IMG/VR virus record: IMGVR_UViG_3300020258_000011
Span: 1 to 42,408 of that record
Origin: a virus
Taxonomy: Duplodnaviria > Caudoviricetes
Strand: one strand, 5' to 3'
Length of the DNA: 42,408 nt
Part shown: positions 1 to 8,803 of the stretch, one piece after another
How positions within the stretch are numbered: the stretch's first letter is position 1
Layout of the letters: every line of letters starts with the position of its first letter
Notes under the pieces: generated by a model
Told to the model about the DNA's origin: nothing
The model's database searches: none
Seen by the model: the letters and a program-made list of their open reading frames with translations, nothing else
Translations under genes and position numbers: made by a program

Positions 1-21
1 TACAACCAAATTATTCCTCCT

Positions 22-792
22 ATGATTGAACTCAGAACAGGTAACTGCCTGAACATGGCACTTGACCTTGAAGATAATTCTATTGATTGCACTGTAACTT
101 CTCCTCCTTACAATAAGAGGGGTGTTGGTGGTGGATTGTTTCGTAAGATTGAATATCAAGACTTTGATGACACATTACCAGAGGATGAGTATCAGGAACA
201 GCAGATTGAACTGCTAGATATCATCTATGATAAGACAAAGGAAGGTGGTTCATTATTCTACAATCACAAGATTAGGTATCTTGATGGTGATTCCATTGCT
301 CCATGGGAGTGGTTGACCAAGACAAAGTGGAATATCAGAGAGGAGATTGTGTGGAGCAGGGGTAGTGGACCTGAGATTTCTGGATATAGATTCATCCAAA
401 CTGATGAGAGGATCTACTGGTTGTGTAAGGGTAAGAAGCATCCAAGATTGCCCAGAAGGTCTGCCAACTGGAACAGTGTCTGGCAGTTTGCCCCTGACAT
501 GAACAATCCTCACCCTGCCCCATACCCTATCTTCCTGCCTGCCAGGTGCATTCAGGCAGTGATGCAGGCACCTGGTCTGGTATTTGACCCTTACAGTGGG
601 TCAGGCACCACTGGTCTTGCTGCCACCCTGCTTGGTCATGACTATATTGGGTTTGATCTGTCAGATGAATATCATGATATGGCAAGAGAAAGGTTTGATA
701 ATCCATCAAAAGGTGACCTGAAAAAGTTTCAACAGGAGACAGGTGTTGCTGCTAATAGTGATTCAGATGTATTCAGTTTGGCAGACTCATAA
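22..792 (+). CDS. Site-specific amino-DNA methyltransferase (N4-C/N6-A, beta class)
   Basis: TSPPY catalytic motif precedes the DPYSGSGTT SAM-binding motif; HPAPYP motif. Confidence 0.9.
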   Translation: MIELRTGNCLNMALDLEDNSIDCTVTSPPYNKRGVGGGLFRKIEYQDFDDTLPEDEYQEQQIELLDIIYDKTKEGGSLFYNHKIRYLDGDSIAPWEWLTKTKWNIREEIVWSRGSGPEISGYRFIQTDERIYWLCKGKKHPRLPRRSANWNSVWQFAPDMNNPHPAPYPIFLPARCIQAVMQAPGLVFDPYSGSGTTGLAATLLGHDYIGFDLSDEYHDMARERFDNPSKGDLKKFQQETGVAANSDSDVFSLADS

Positions 793-795
793 ATA
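789..795 (+). promoter_or_regulatory. T4-type late promoter (ATAAATA)
   Basis: ATAAATA 24 nt upstream of the ORF at 820. Confidence 0.55.
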
Positions 796-819
796 TTGTA
801 TGAGGAAATGTTATAACTA

Positions 820-2097
820 ATGAAATCCTTTTTTAGGTTCCTTAAAGAAGCAAAGACATCTCAAGCATCAGATCAGGCAGCACGTCTAAATCTGACTGGT
901 GATGGTCATGGCAACTGGTACGACAAAGATGGTGCTAGAGTTGCTGTAACCAAGAAAGGCAGACTTGAGATGCTGTCCAAAAAAGAGAAGCAAGAAACTG
1001 ATGACACATCAACTCAACAGTCAAAACAACCCCAACAATCTCAACAACAAGGAGAGTTTGGAGCATTTGCAGACGGAAGTCCAAGGAGAATGCCTCAACC
1101 TACAACAGCAGATGGATCACCTAAAGAGGATCTTGGACCTCTGACTGTCACCTTTGGTAGATTCAATCCTCCAACAATTGGACATCAAAAACTTTTAGAT
1201 GCTGCTAAGAAAGCAGCAGGCAAAGGATCACTCAAAGTCTATCCATCTAGATCACAGGATGCTAAGAAGAATCCATATGATGCAGATGAGAAAGTAGATG
1301 TAATGAGACAGATGTTCCCTGATCATGCAGAGAACATTGTTAATGATCCTAATGCTAGGACTATCTTTGACGTTTTGAAGCAGGCACATCAAGATGGATA
1401 TTCAAGTGTTAAAATTGTGGTTGGTGGTGACAGAGTTAAGGAATTTGAAAAACTCTCATCAAATTATAATGGTCAACTCTATGATTTTTCTGGTTTGGAG
1501 ACTGTATCTGCTGGAGAAAGAGATGCAGACTCTGAGGGCGTAGAGGGTATGTCTGCTTCCAAGATGAGGAAAGCAGCAGCAAATAATGATTTCAAGTCAT
1601 TTAGACAGGGTATACCTAAAACTATTGATGATAAGACTGCAAAGCAGATGATGAATAGTCTTCGTAAGAAGATGAATGTGAAAGAGGGATGGAATCTTTG
1701 GGAGATTGCTCCTAAGTTTGATTGGAAGAATCTCAGAGAAAGTTATGTCTCTGGTAAGATTTTCAATATAGATCAACTGGTAGAAAATTTGAATACTGGA
1801 TTGATTGGTAAGATTGTGCGTAGAGGAACTAACTATCTGATCTGTGTGACAGAGGATAATATCATGTTCAAGTCCTGGATTAGGGATCTGCGTGAGTATA
1901 GTGAAGTCAAGATGGATAGTAAAACCAGAGTCAAAGGTAAACCAAACACTTTGATTGGAACTTCTGGATACTTTAAGTATGCTGCTGATATGACTCCTGG
2001 TTTTGACAAGGGAGAAAAGACTAATCTTCAGACAGGTGCTAAGGCATATCAAGGATATGGGAAGGAATTCATAAATAAATACAGAAAAAAGAAGTAA
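820..2097 (+). CDS. Cytidyltransferase-like (HIGH-family nucleotidyltransferase) phage protein
   Basis: TFGRFNPPTIGH and MSASKMR motifs; N-terminus MKSFFRFLKE resembles T4 capsid-targeting sequences. Confidence 0.8.
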   Translation: MKSFFRFLKEAKTSQASDQAARLNLTGDGHGNWYDKDGARVAVTKKGRLEMLSKKEKQETDDTSTQQSKQPQQSQQQGEFGAFADGSPRRMPQPTTADGSPKEDLGPLTVTFGRFNPPTIGHQKLLDAAKKAAGKGSLKVYPSRSQDAKKNPYDADEKVDVMRQMFPDHAENIVNDPNARTIFDVLKQAHQDGYSSVKIVVGGDRVKEFEKLSSNYNGQLYDFSGLETVSAGERDADSEGVEGMSASKMRKAAANNDFKSFRQGIPKTIDDKTAKQMMNSLRKKMNVKEGWNLWEIAPKFDWKNLRESYVSGKIFNIDQLVENLNTGLIGKIVRRGTNYLICVTEDNIMFKSWIRDLREYSEVKMDSKTRVKGKPNTLIGTSGYFKYAADMTPGFDKGEKTNLQTGAKAYQGYGKEFINKYRKKK

Positions 2098-2106
2098 TCT
2101 AGTGTC

Positions 2107-3258
2107 ATGATCTCTGAGCAAGACAATACACCAGAAGAGGTGAAAAGTAGGGTCACGCAGATGACTAAAGCAATTAGATATAAAGCAAGAAAGGAAGGTG
2201 GTAATCTTTTCAAGGCATTTAACGATTATATGGGTTCACAGTCTGGAATCAGTGCCACTGAAAGAGCTGCTGTAAAACAAAAGCTTGGTTTGAGTGAGGT
2301 TTATTCATCTTGGAGAGATGAACTTGAACTTCGTGAGGTTGCTTCAAAACCTATAACTGATAATGAGATGGATAAAACCGTCAAAGAGAAGAAGGTTAAG
2401 AATAAAGTTACTATCAATCCTTCAATGCAAGAGGCAGTTGAAGAACTTGGTGGAACAATTCTTGAGGTCAGTGAGTATGATGATGATATTGATTATATCA
2501 TTGAGAGCACCTATGATGAGTTGATTGAAGAAGGATACTCAGTAGAAGATGTAGAAGAAGCAATTGAATATGCACTGACTGAGGATCTTAATGAGGCAAG
2601 TGATAAGTATTATGGTTCTGCTGTGAAGGCATCAAAAAAGAAAGGTGCTGAGATGAAGAGAGCAGAGTTTAAGAAGAAGGCAGTAGGTCGTATTAAATCT
2701 CTGAAAAATAAAGTTGGAATGGCATCTGCTAAGGCACAGGTTGCTGCCTACAATAAAGGCAGAGAAGCAAAGATGGCAGCAGGTGATAAGATCAGAAAGG
2801 CAAAGCAATCAATTGCTAATGCTCCCAAGGATGCAAAGAGTAGTGTCAAGTCTTTTGTTAAAAAGCAGGCACAGAAAGTTGTTGATCGCATGAGTGAAGA
2901 AGTTGTTGATGAGCAAAAATCTGAAGTTGATCCTGTTCAGAAGAAGCAACTTCAGATGAAAAGTCAAATGATGAAGAAGCAGCAGCTGCTTGATCGTCAG
3001 AGACTTCAAGCACAGAAGCAAGGTAAAATCCCAATGGGTCATGGGATGAGGGAAGAATCAGAACTGGAAGAGAAAGTTCTGGATAAAGCAGAGACTGATG
3101 AGAAGGAAAGAATTGTCAAGGGTATGAAGAAGAAGTTCACCAACTTCAAAGATAAGTATGGCAAGGATGCCAAGTCAGTGATGTATGCAACTGCCACCAA
3201 GATGGCAAAGAAGCATATGGATACTAGTAAGTCTGACCGTAGATACGGTGTTGAGTAA
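2107..3258 (+). CDS. Hypothetical charged protein, possible head-internal/core protein
   Basis: Long ORF, K/E rich, many L/I-x-E motifs; ATAAATA at 2071-2077 upstream. Confidence 0.6.
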   Translation: MISEQDNTPEEVKSRVTQMTKAIRYKARKEGGNLFKAFNDYMGSQSGISATERAAVKQKLGLSEVYSSWRDELELREVASKPITDNEMDKTVKEKKVKNKVTINPSMQEAVEELGGTILEVSEYDDDIDYIIESTYDELIEEGYSVEDVEEAIEYALTEDLNEASDKYYGSAVKASKKKGAEMKRAEFKKKAVGRIKSLKNKVGMASAKAQVAAYNKGREAKMAAGDKIRKAKQSIANAPKDAKSSVKSFVKKQAQKVVDRMSEEVVDEQKSEVDPVQKKQLQMKSQMMKKQQLLDRQRLQAQKQGKIPMGHGMREESELEEKVLDKAETDEKERIVKGMKKKFTNFKDKYGKDAKSVMYATATKMAKKHMDTSKSDRRYGVE

Positions 3259-3626
3259 TGAAAAAATGCAAAAAGGGCAGCTACTATTGCTATACTGATA
3301 AGAAGTGTAAGCCCATTCCAAAAGGATTCAAGGTAGTTGGTCCTGCTGGATATCTTCGCAAGGAGAATGGACACACTCAAGATGATGATTCCAAGAATGG
3401 AAAAAAGAATGGTAGTGTTTCTAATGGTAATGGTAATGGCAATGGTGGTAATGGCAACGGGGGTCATTCTTCTGGATCCAACGGGTCAAGTGGAGGAGGA
3501 ATGAGTGAGGGTTGGTCTGACAAGTACAAAAAGTCAATTGACTGTAATAATCCCAAAGGGTTTTCTCAGAGAGCACACTGTCAAGGAAAGAAAAAGACTT
3601 TCAAAGAGTTTATGGGTGATATATAG
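3258..3626 (+). CDS. Hypothetical protein with GN-rich linker and Cys motifs
   Basis: TAATG-coupled ORF; C-terminal KKTFKEF. Confidence 0.65.
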   Translation: MKKCKKGSYYCYTDKKCKPIPKGFKVVGPAGYLRKENGHTQDDDSKNGKKNGSVSNGNGNGNGGNGNGGHSSGSNGSSGGGMSEGWSDKYKKSIDCNNPKGFSQRAHCQGKKKTFKEFMGDI

Positions 3627-3650
3627 AGTACAATACCATATGAGGTTATT

Positions 3651-3851
3651 ATGCTCTCTATTCTACTTCCACTTGCATCTAAGATTATCACTGATGCAGT
3701 AAACAAGATTCCTGAGAATGAAGAACTGGGTGAGAAACTGGTTGAGATTTGCCTCGTAATCTTGGGCAAAGCAGTCAAGTTGACTAAGACTGAAATGGAT
3801 GATCAACTTCTTGAGGTTGTAACCAAGGCTATTAAGGCAAGAGAAGAATGA
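3651..3851 (+). CDS. Hypothetical protein
   Basis: GAGG SD before ATG; followed by a terminator. Confidence 0.7.
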   Translation: MLSILLPLASKIITDAVNKIPENEELGEKLVEICLVILGKAVKLTKTEMDDQLLEVVTKAIKAREE

Positions 3852-3857
3852 TAAATG

Positions 3858-3883
3858 GGAGATCCTATGGGTCTCCTATTTTT
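3858..3883 (+). terminator. Rho-independent terminator
   Basis: GGAGATCC-TAT-GGGTCTCC stem followed by a T-rich tract. Confidence 0.65.
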
Positions 3884-3890
3884 ATAAATA
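3883..3890 (+). promoter_or_regulatory. T4-type late promoter TATAAATA
   Basis: Exact T4 gp55 consensus upstream of the ORF at 3926. Confidence 0.75.
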
Positions 3891-3925
3891 TTTGATAGCA
3901 AAGTAAATCTTATAGGAACCAAGAC

Positions 3926-4459
3926 ATGGCACTTTGGGGAAATAACGACAATGTTTTATCAACTGGGACTGTAAGTCTCAACTATGCAACTCGCGTTGTC
4001 ACAGGAGCAGGTACTTCCTTTGGTATTGCTGGTGGGCTGTCTGAGGGTGATGTAATTAGATTTGGTATTAGAGGACTTGGTGGAACTTATTTTGGTGATG
4101 CAGTTGTAGCATCTATTGCTAGTTCTACCTCTGTCACTATTGCTTCCACCATGGGTCTTAGTGGTGCAGCAATTGCAAGTACTGACTTCTCTGTATCTCA
4201 ACTTCCTAAGTCATCTGTTGATGATGCTAAGTATAGTGAGGCATCTTATGGCACCAATGATTCATTGGTCTATGGTGTAAACCAAGCAGAGGGTCTTCTT
4301 GGTTCTAATCCTTCATACTATGGTATGCATGAGGGATGGGTTGGTGTCACCACATATGTGGACTGTGAAGGTGTCTTCAGAGTTAAGAAAGAAACTCTTG
4401 TTGCCATGTCAGGTATTACAACTGCACCACAAGACTTCTCATATCCTACACCTGAATGA
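3926..4459 (+). CDS. Putative virion structural protein
   Basis: Late promoter; G/S/T-rich; MALWG start and H.GWV...R.K.E.LVAMS C-terminus typical of cyanomyophage structural ORFs. Confidence 0.6.
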   Translation: MALWGNNDNVLSTGTVSLNYATRVVTGAGTSFGIAGGLSEGDVIRFGIRGLGGTYFGDAVVASIASSTSVTIASTMGLSGAAIASTDFSVSQLPKSSVDDAKYSEASYGTNDSLVYGVNQAEGLLGSNPSYYGMHEGWVGVTTYVDCEGVFRVKKETLVAMSGITTAPQDFSYPTPE

Positions 4460-4462
4460 TAA

Positions 4463-4843
4463 ATGCAGTTTACTGAATTGAATGAGAAGAATTTTCTTCT
4501 CTTTGCCATTAAACATTATCAAAATCCACAAGCTGTAACACGTGAGGACTTTGATAAAGATCTGAATCACTTCAGGTATATCAAAAGGCTCCTAAAAAGA
4601 TACAAAAAAGAGGGTGAGTTGAGAACGCATCTCTTGATAAATCACTTTATCATATTGTATAATGTGTTTGGTGATGCCACCACCCCTATGCTTTTTTATA
4701 AGGTAGACAGAGATCTCTGGGATGTTACAAAGACTTTCATAGTTTTTCTGAATAGACTTCCAGAGTACCCTAGAACTATCATCCATGATATTGAGATGGA
4801 TCAAAATTGTTTAGAGGAGTTAAAGAGGGCTACCAATGGATAA
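4463..4843 (+). CDS. Conserved T4-like phage hypothetical protein
   Basis: ORF in operon, typical codon usage. Confidence 0.75.
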   Translation: MQFTELNEKNFLLFAIKHYQNPQAVTREDFDKDLNHFRYIKRLLKRYKKEGELRTHLLINHFIILYNVFGDATTPMLFYKVDRDLWDVTKTFIVFLNRLPEYPRTIIHDIEMDQNCLEELKRATNG

Positions 4844-5147
4844 AGACAAAATTGATAGGGTAATCAATGCATTTCGTTCAGCAATGTATAATGAATTCAG
4901 TGTCTCTGAGGAAGGCATGGTGGCAAATCCTCCTGGGGGATCTGGCGGATTTAGTGGTTCCTCCCCTGCTAATGGCCCTACTGCTGGTTATGATTCAACC
5001 CTTAAGTTTGATGGTCGCAACAAGTTTGTAAGAAAGGCTATCAAAGATTTGATGGATAGAAGAGAGAAGAGAGCAGAGAGAAAAGCAAAGAAGAAGGCAT
5101 TAGATTACAATCCCTACTTCAAACCACAAAATGGAAGATCAAGTTAA
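4836..5147 (+). CDS. Hypothetical protein
   Basis: Overlapping ORF in operon. Confidence 0.65.
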   Translation: MDKDKIDRVINAFRSAMYNEFSVSEEGMVANPPGGSGGFSGSSPANGPTAGYDSTLKFDGRNKFVRKAIKDLMDRREKRAERKAKKKALDYNPYFKPQNGRSS

Positions 5148-5511
5148 GATTGCATTAGTAGAACAAAAGATAGAAGATTTGAAGCCAGTGATTCTGAAGA
5201 TAGATTCTGCTATTGAAAAATTATCTGAGGTAAATATAACAGTTAGCAGAATGCTTGCTGTCCATGAAGAGCGAATATCAAAGCAAGAGGAAATTGACAC
5301 CGTACTATTTGCAAAAATTGACAAACTCCGTGATAAAATGGACTCAGATCATGACAGTGTGTTGTCAAGATTACGTCAATTAGAGAAGAGAATGTGGATG
5401 TTTATGGGTGCCATAGCAGTAATATCCTTTGCAGTCAATAGTGGCAATCTCATTACAAAGGTCTTGACTCTTCAAGATTATCCACCTACAATAGAAAGGA
5501 ATATGAACTGA
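5131..5511 (+). CDS. Coiled-coil protein with a C-terminal TM helix
   Basis: Heptad-like N-terminus, hydrophobic MWMFMGAIAVISFAV; adjacent to primase. Confidence 0.7.
   Translation: MEDQVKIALVEQKIEDLKPVILKIDSAIEKLSEVNITVSRMLAVHEERISKQEEIDTVLFAKIDKLRDKMDSDHDSVLSRLRQLEKRMWMFMGAIAVISFAVNSGNLITKVLTLQDYPPTIERNMN
5464..5492 (+). promoter_or_regulatory. Sigma70-type early promoter for primase-nrdAB
   Basis: TTGACT-17-TACAAT. Confidence 0.7.
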
Positions 5512-5516
5512 ACAGT

Positions 5517-6506
5517 ATGGATTATATTGATGTGAAATACATCAATTTGATTTCTTCAAGACTATCAAAGTTCAAGAGAGTAAAACCTAACCTCTACAAT
5601 TGTAGATGCCCTATCTGTGGAGACTCACAGAAGAATAAGAATAAGGCAAGAGGTTACTTTTACAGAATCAAGAACAATAGCAACTACAAGTGTCACAACT
5701 GTGGTGTCAATATGTCTCTCAATAATTTCTTGAAAGAGATTGACCCAGAGACACACAAGGAGTATGTCTTTGAGAAGTTCAAGGAAGGTCACACTGGTAA
5801 GAACTTTGTGACTGAATCTCCTGAGGATGTATTCAAGAATCTTGCAACCAAACCTACCTTCAAGAAGAAGGTGAAGATTGACTTGCCTGATGCTTTTGAT
5901 GTTGATAGGTCCAAGGCATACCTTAATGACAGAGCAATCTTCTCTGGGGAGTTCTACTATGCTGAAAATTTCAAAAAGTTTATAAACATTATCAAACCTG
6001 ATACCTTTGATAGTATCAAGTATGGTGAAGAAAGAATTGTTATTCCTCTATACTATGAGGGAAAACTGATAGGGGTTCAGGGCAGAGCACTGTCTACAAA
6101 CCCTATTAAATACTTAACCATCATGTTGGATGATGATGCTCCCAAAATCTATGGACTCGACAGAATCAACACAGAAAGACCAATCTACATCATTGAAGGA
6201 CCATTTGACTCCACGTTCGTGGAAAACAGCATTGCCATGTGTGGGGCTGATGTTGATATTGGGTCGTTTGGTTGGAGCGATTATATTTGGGTTTATGATA
6301 ATGAACCTAGGAACAGAGAGATCACAAACAGAATCTCCAAAACAATTGATAGAGGAGAGAAGGTAGTCATCTGGCCATCCAACATTAAGGAGAAGGATCT
6401 AAATGATATGATCCTTGCTGGACATCATGTTCAGAAGATAGTAGAATCAAACACACACTCTGGTTTAGAAGCAAAACTTAAGTTCAACACCTGGAAAAGA
6501 ATATGA
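5517..6506 (+). CDS. gp61: DNA primase (T4 gp61-like)
   Basis: CPICGDS...CHNC zinc finger, EGPFDS TOPRIM motif, YDNEPRN, KDLND. Confidence 0.95.
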   Translation: MDYIDVKYINLISSRLSKFKRVKPNLYNCRCPICGDSQKNKNKARGYFYRIKNNSNYKCHNCGVNMSLNNFLKEIDPETHKEYVFEKFKEGHTGKNFVTESPEDVFKNLATKPTFKKKVKIDLPDAFDVDRSKAYLNDRAIFSGEFYYAENFKKFINIIKPDTFDSIKYGEERIVIPLYYEGKLIGVQGRALSTNPIKYLTIMLDDDAPKIYGLDRINTERPIYIIEGPFDSTFVENSIAMCGADVDIGSFGWSDYIWVYDNEPRNREITNRISKTIDRGEKVVIWPSNIKEKDLNDMILAGHHVQKIVESNTHSGLEAKLKFNTWKRI

Positions 6507-8803
6507 GTAACGGTACAAAGGTTAAAAAGAGAGATGGTAGAATTGAGTCTCTTGATCTAGATAAGATGCATCTTATGGTTCAAGAGGCATGTGAGGGTCT
6601 TGCAGGTGTCTCTGCCAGTCAGGTGGAGATGACTTCTGGTATTCAGTTTTATGATGGGATTACAACAGCAGAGATTCAAGAAATCCTGATTAAGAGTGCT
6701 TCTGACCTGATTGACTTAGAGCATCCTAACTATCAGTTTGTTGCTGCTAGGTTGCTTCTGTTTGCTATTAGAAAGCAGTTGTATGGTAAGGTACGTGAAT
6801 TGCCTGCCCTTTCAGATCATGTAACTGCCTGTGCTTATGATGGAATCTATGACAAAGATATCTTTGTAAATTATTCTCTGGAAGAGATTAATAAGGCAGA
6901 AACATTCATTGATCATGATCGTGATTTCCTCTTCACATATGCTGGATTGAGGCAAGTTGCAGATAAATATCTTGTGCAGGATCGTAGTTCAGGAAAGGTC
7001 TACGAGACTCCCCAATTCATGTATATTATGATTGCACTGACAATCTTCCGTGACTATCCAAAGGACACAAGGATGTCCTATGTCAAGAGGTACTATGATG
7101 CAATCTCCAAGCACAGACTCAACATCCCAACGCCAATCATGGCAGGGGTCAGAACCCCACTTAGACAATTTGCTAGCTGTGTTCTTGTTGATGTTGATGA
7201 CACCCTCGATTCTATCTTTAGCTCTGATATGGCTATTGGCAGATACGTTGCACAGAGGGCGGGCATCGGCATCAATGCAGGCAGAATCCGTGGCATCAAC
7301 TCTAAAATCAGAGGTGGAGAAGTTCAACACACAGGCGTTGTACCTTTCCTTAAAAAGTTTGAATCAACTGTCCGCTGCTGTACACAAAATGGAATACGAG
7401 GTGGCTCAGCGACTGTCCACTTCCCAATCTGGCACCAAGAAATAGAGGATATCCTTGTACTTAAGAACAATAAAGGGACGGAAGATAACCGTGTCAGAAA
7501 ACTTGACTACAGCATCCAATTATCTAAACTCTTCTATGAGAGGTTCATTAAGGATCAAGAGATTAGTCTCTTCTCTCCACACGACGTTCCAGGTCTCTAT
7601 GATGCTTTTGGGACTGATAGGTTTGATCAACTATATCTGGATTACGAACAAGATGAGTCTGTTCCTAGAAAGACGATTGGGGGTCAAGATCTTATTCTGA
7701 GTCTCCTCAAGGAGAGAGCAGAGACAGGTCGCATCTACATCATGAACATTGATCACTGCAACTCTCATTCCTCTTTCAAGGACAAGGTGAACATGTCCAA
7801 CCTGTGTCAAGAGATTACTCTTCCCACAGACCCTATCAACCATATTGATGATGAGATGCCTGGTGAGATTGCTCTCTGCATTCTCTCTGCCATCAATGTA
7901 GGCAAGGTCAAGTCTGATGATGAGTTGGAGGATCTTTGTGATCTTTCAGTCAGAGGACTGGAGGAACTGATTGACTATCAGGAGTATCCTGTGAGAGCAG
8001 CAGAGGTTGCTACAAAGGCACGTAGATCTCTTGGAGTAGGATTTATTGGTCTTGCCCACTATCTGGCAAAACTTGGGTTCTCTTATGGTTCTCAGGAAGC
8101 ATGGGATGCAGTTCATGGATTGTCTGAATCCTTCCAGTATTATCTTCTCAAGTCCTCTAATCAGATTGCAAAAGAAAAGGGACATTGTGAGTACTTTGGT
8201 AGAACAAAGTATGCTGATGGTATCTTACCAATTGATACATATAAGAGGGAAGTTGATGAAATCACTAGTGAGGGTTTAGTACATGACTGGGAATCTCTTA
8301 GATCATCTATCAATGAATATGGTCTCAGGCACTCAACACTGTCCGCACAAATGCCTTCAGAGAGCAGTTCCGTTGTGTCAAACGCAACAAATGGTATTGA
8401 ACCACCTAGAGACTACTTGTCCATTAAAAAAAGTAAGAAAGGACCCCTTAAGCAGATTGTTCCACAGTATGCTACCCTGAAGAATAACTACACACTTCTG
8501 TGGGAGATGCCTGATAACACTGGTTACATAAATGTGGTGTCTGTGATGCAGAAATTCTTTGATCAGGCCATATCTGGTAACTGGAGTTACAATCCAGAGA
8601 ACTATCCTGATAATGAGGTTCCTGTTTCTGTAATGGCAAATGATCTTTTGACTACATATAAGTATGGATGGAAGACTTCTTACTACCAGAATACTTATGA
8701 CATCAAGACTGATGAGGTGGTTGAAGATAAGTCTAAGTTAGACAATTTACTAGAAGAACTATCACAAACAGAGGAGGGAGAGTGTGAATCCTGTGCAGTT
8801 TAA
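6503..8803 (+). CDS. nrdA: Ribonucleotide reductase class Ia alpha subunit
   Basis: ATP cone (VKKRDG), PTPIMAG, ASC, SNLCQEI, C-terminal CESC. Confidence 0.97.
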   Translation: MSNGTKVKKRDGRIESLDLDKMHLMVQEACEGLAGVSASQVEMTSGIQFYDGITTAEIQEILIKSASDLIDLEHPNYQFVAARLLLFAIRKQLYGKVRELPALSDHVTACAYDGIYDKDIFVNYSLEEINKAETFIDHDRDFLFTYAGLRQVADKYLVQDRSSGKVYETPQFMYIMIALTIFRDYPKDTRMSYVKRYYDAISKHRLNIPTPIMAGVRTPLRQFASCVLVDVDDTLDSIFSSDMAIGRYVAQRAGIGINAGRIRGINSKIRGGEVQHTGVVPFLKKFESTVRCCTQNGIRGGSATVHFPIWHQEIEDILVLKNNKGTEDNRVRKLDYSIQLSKLFYERFIKDQEISLFSPHDVPGLYDAFGTDRFDQLYLDYEQDESVPRKTIGGQDLILSLLKERAETGRIYIMNIDHCNSHSSFKDKVNMSNLCQEITLPTDPINHIDDEMPGEIALCILSAINVGKVKSDDELEDLCDLSVRGLEELIDYQEYPVRAAEVATKARRSLGVGFIGLAHYLAKLGFSYGSQEAWDAVHGLSESFQYYLLKSSNQIAKEKGHCEYFGRTKYADGILPIDTYKREVDEITSEGLVHDWESLRSSINEYGLRHSTLSAQMPSESSSVVSNATNGIEPPRDYLSIKKSKKGPLKQIVPQYATLKNNYTLLWEMPDNTGYINVVSVMQKFFDQAISGNWSYNPENYPDNEVPVSVMANDLLTTYKYGWKTSYYQNTYDIKTDEVVEDKSKLDNLLEELSQTEEGECESCAV

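Noticed and set aside
22-792. Complete restriction-modification system
   Set aside because: No cognate endonuclease adjacent within the window; orphan methyltransferases are common in these phages
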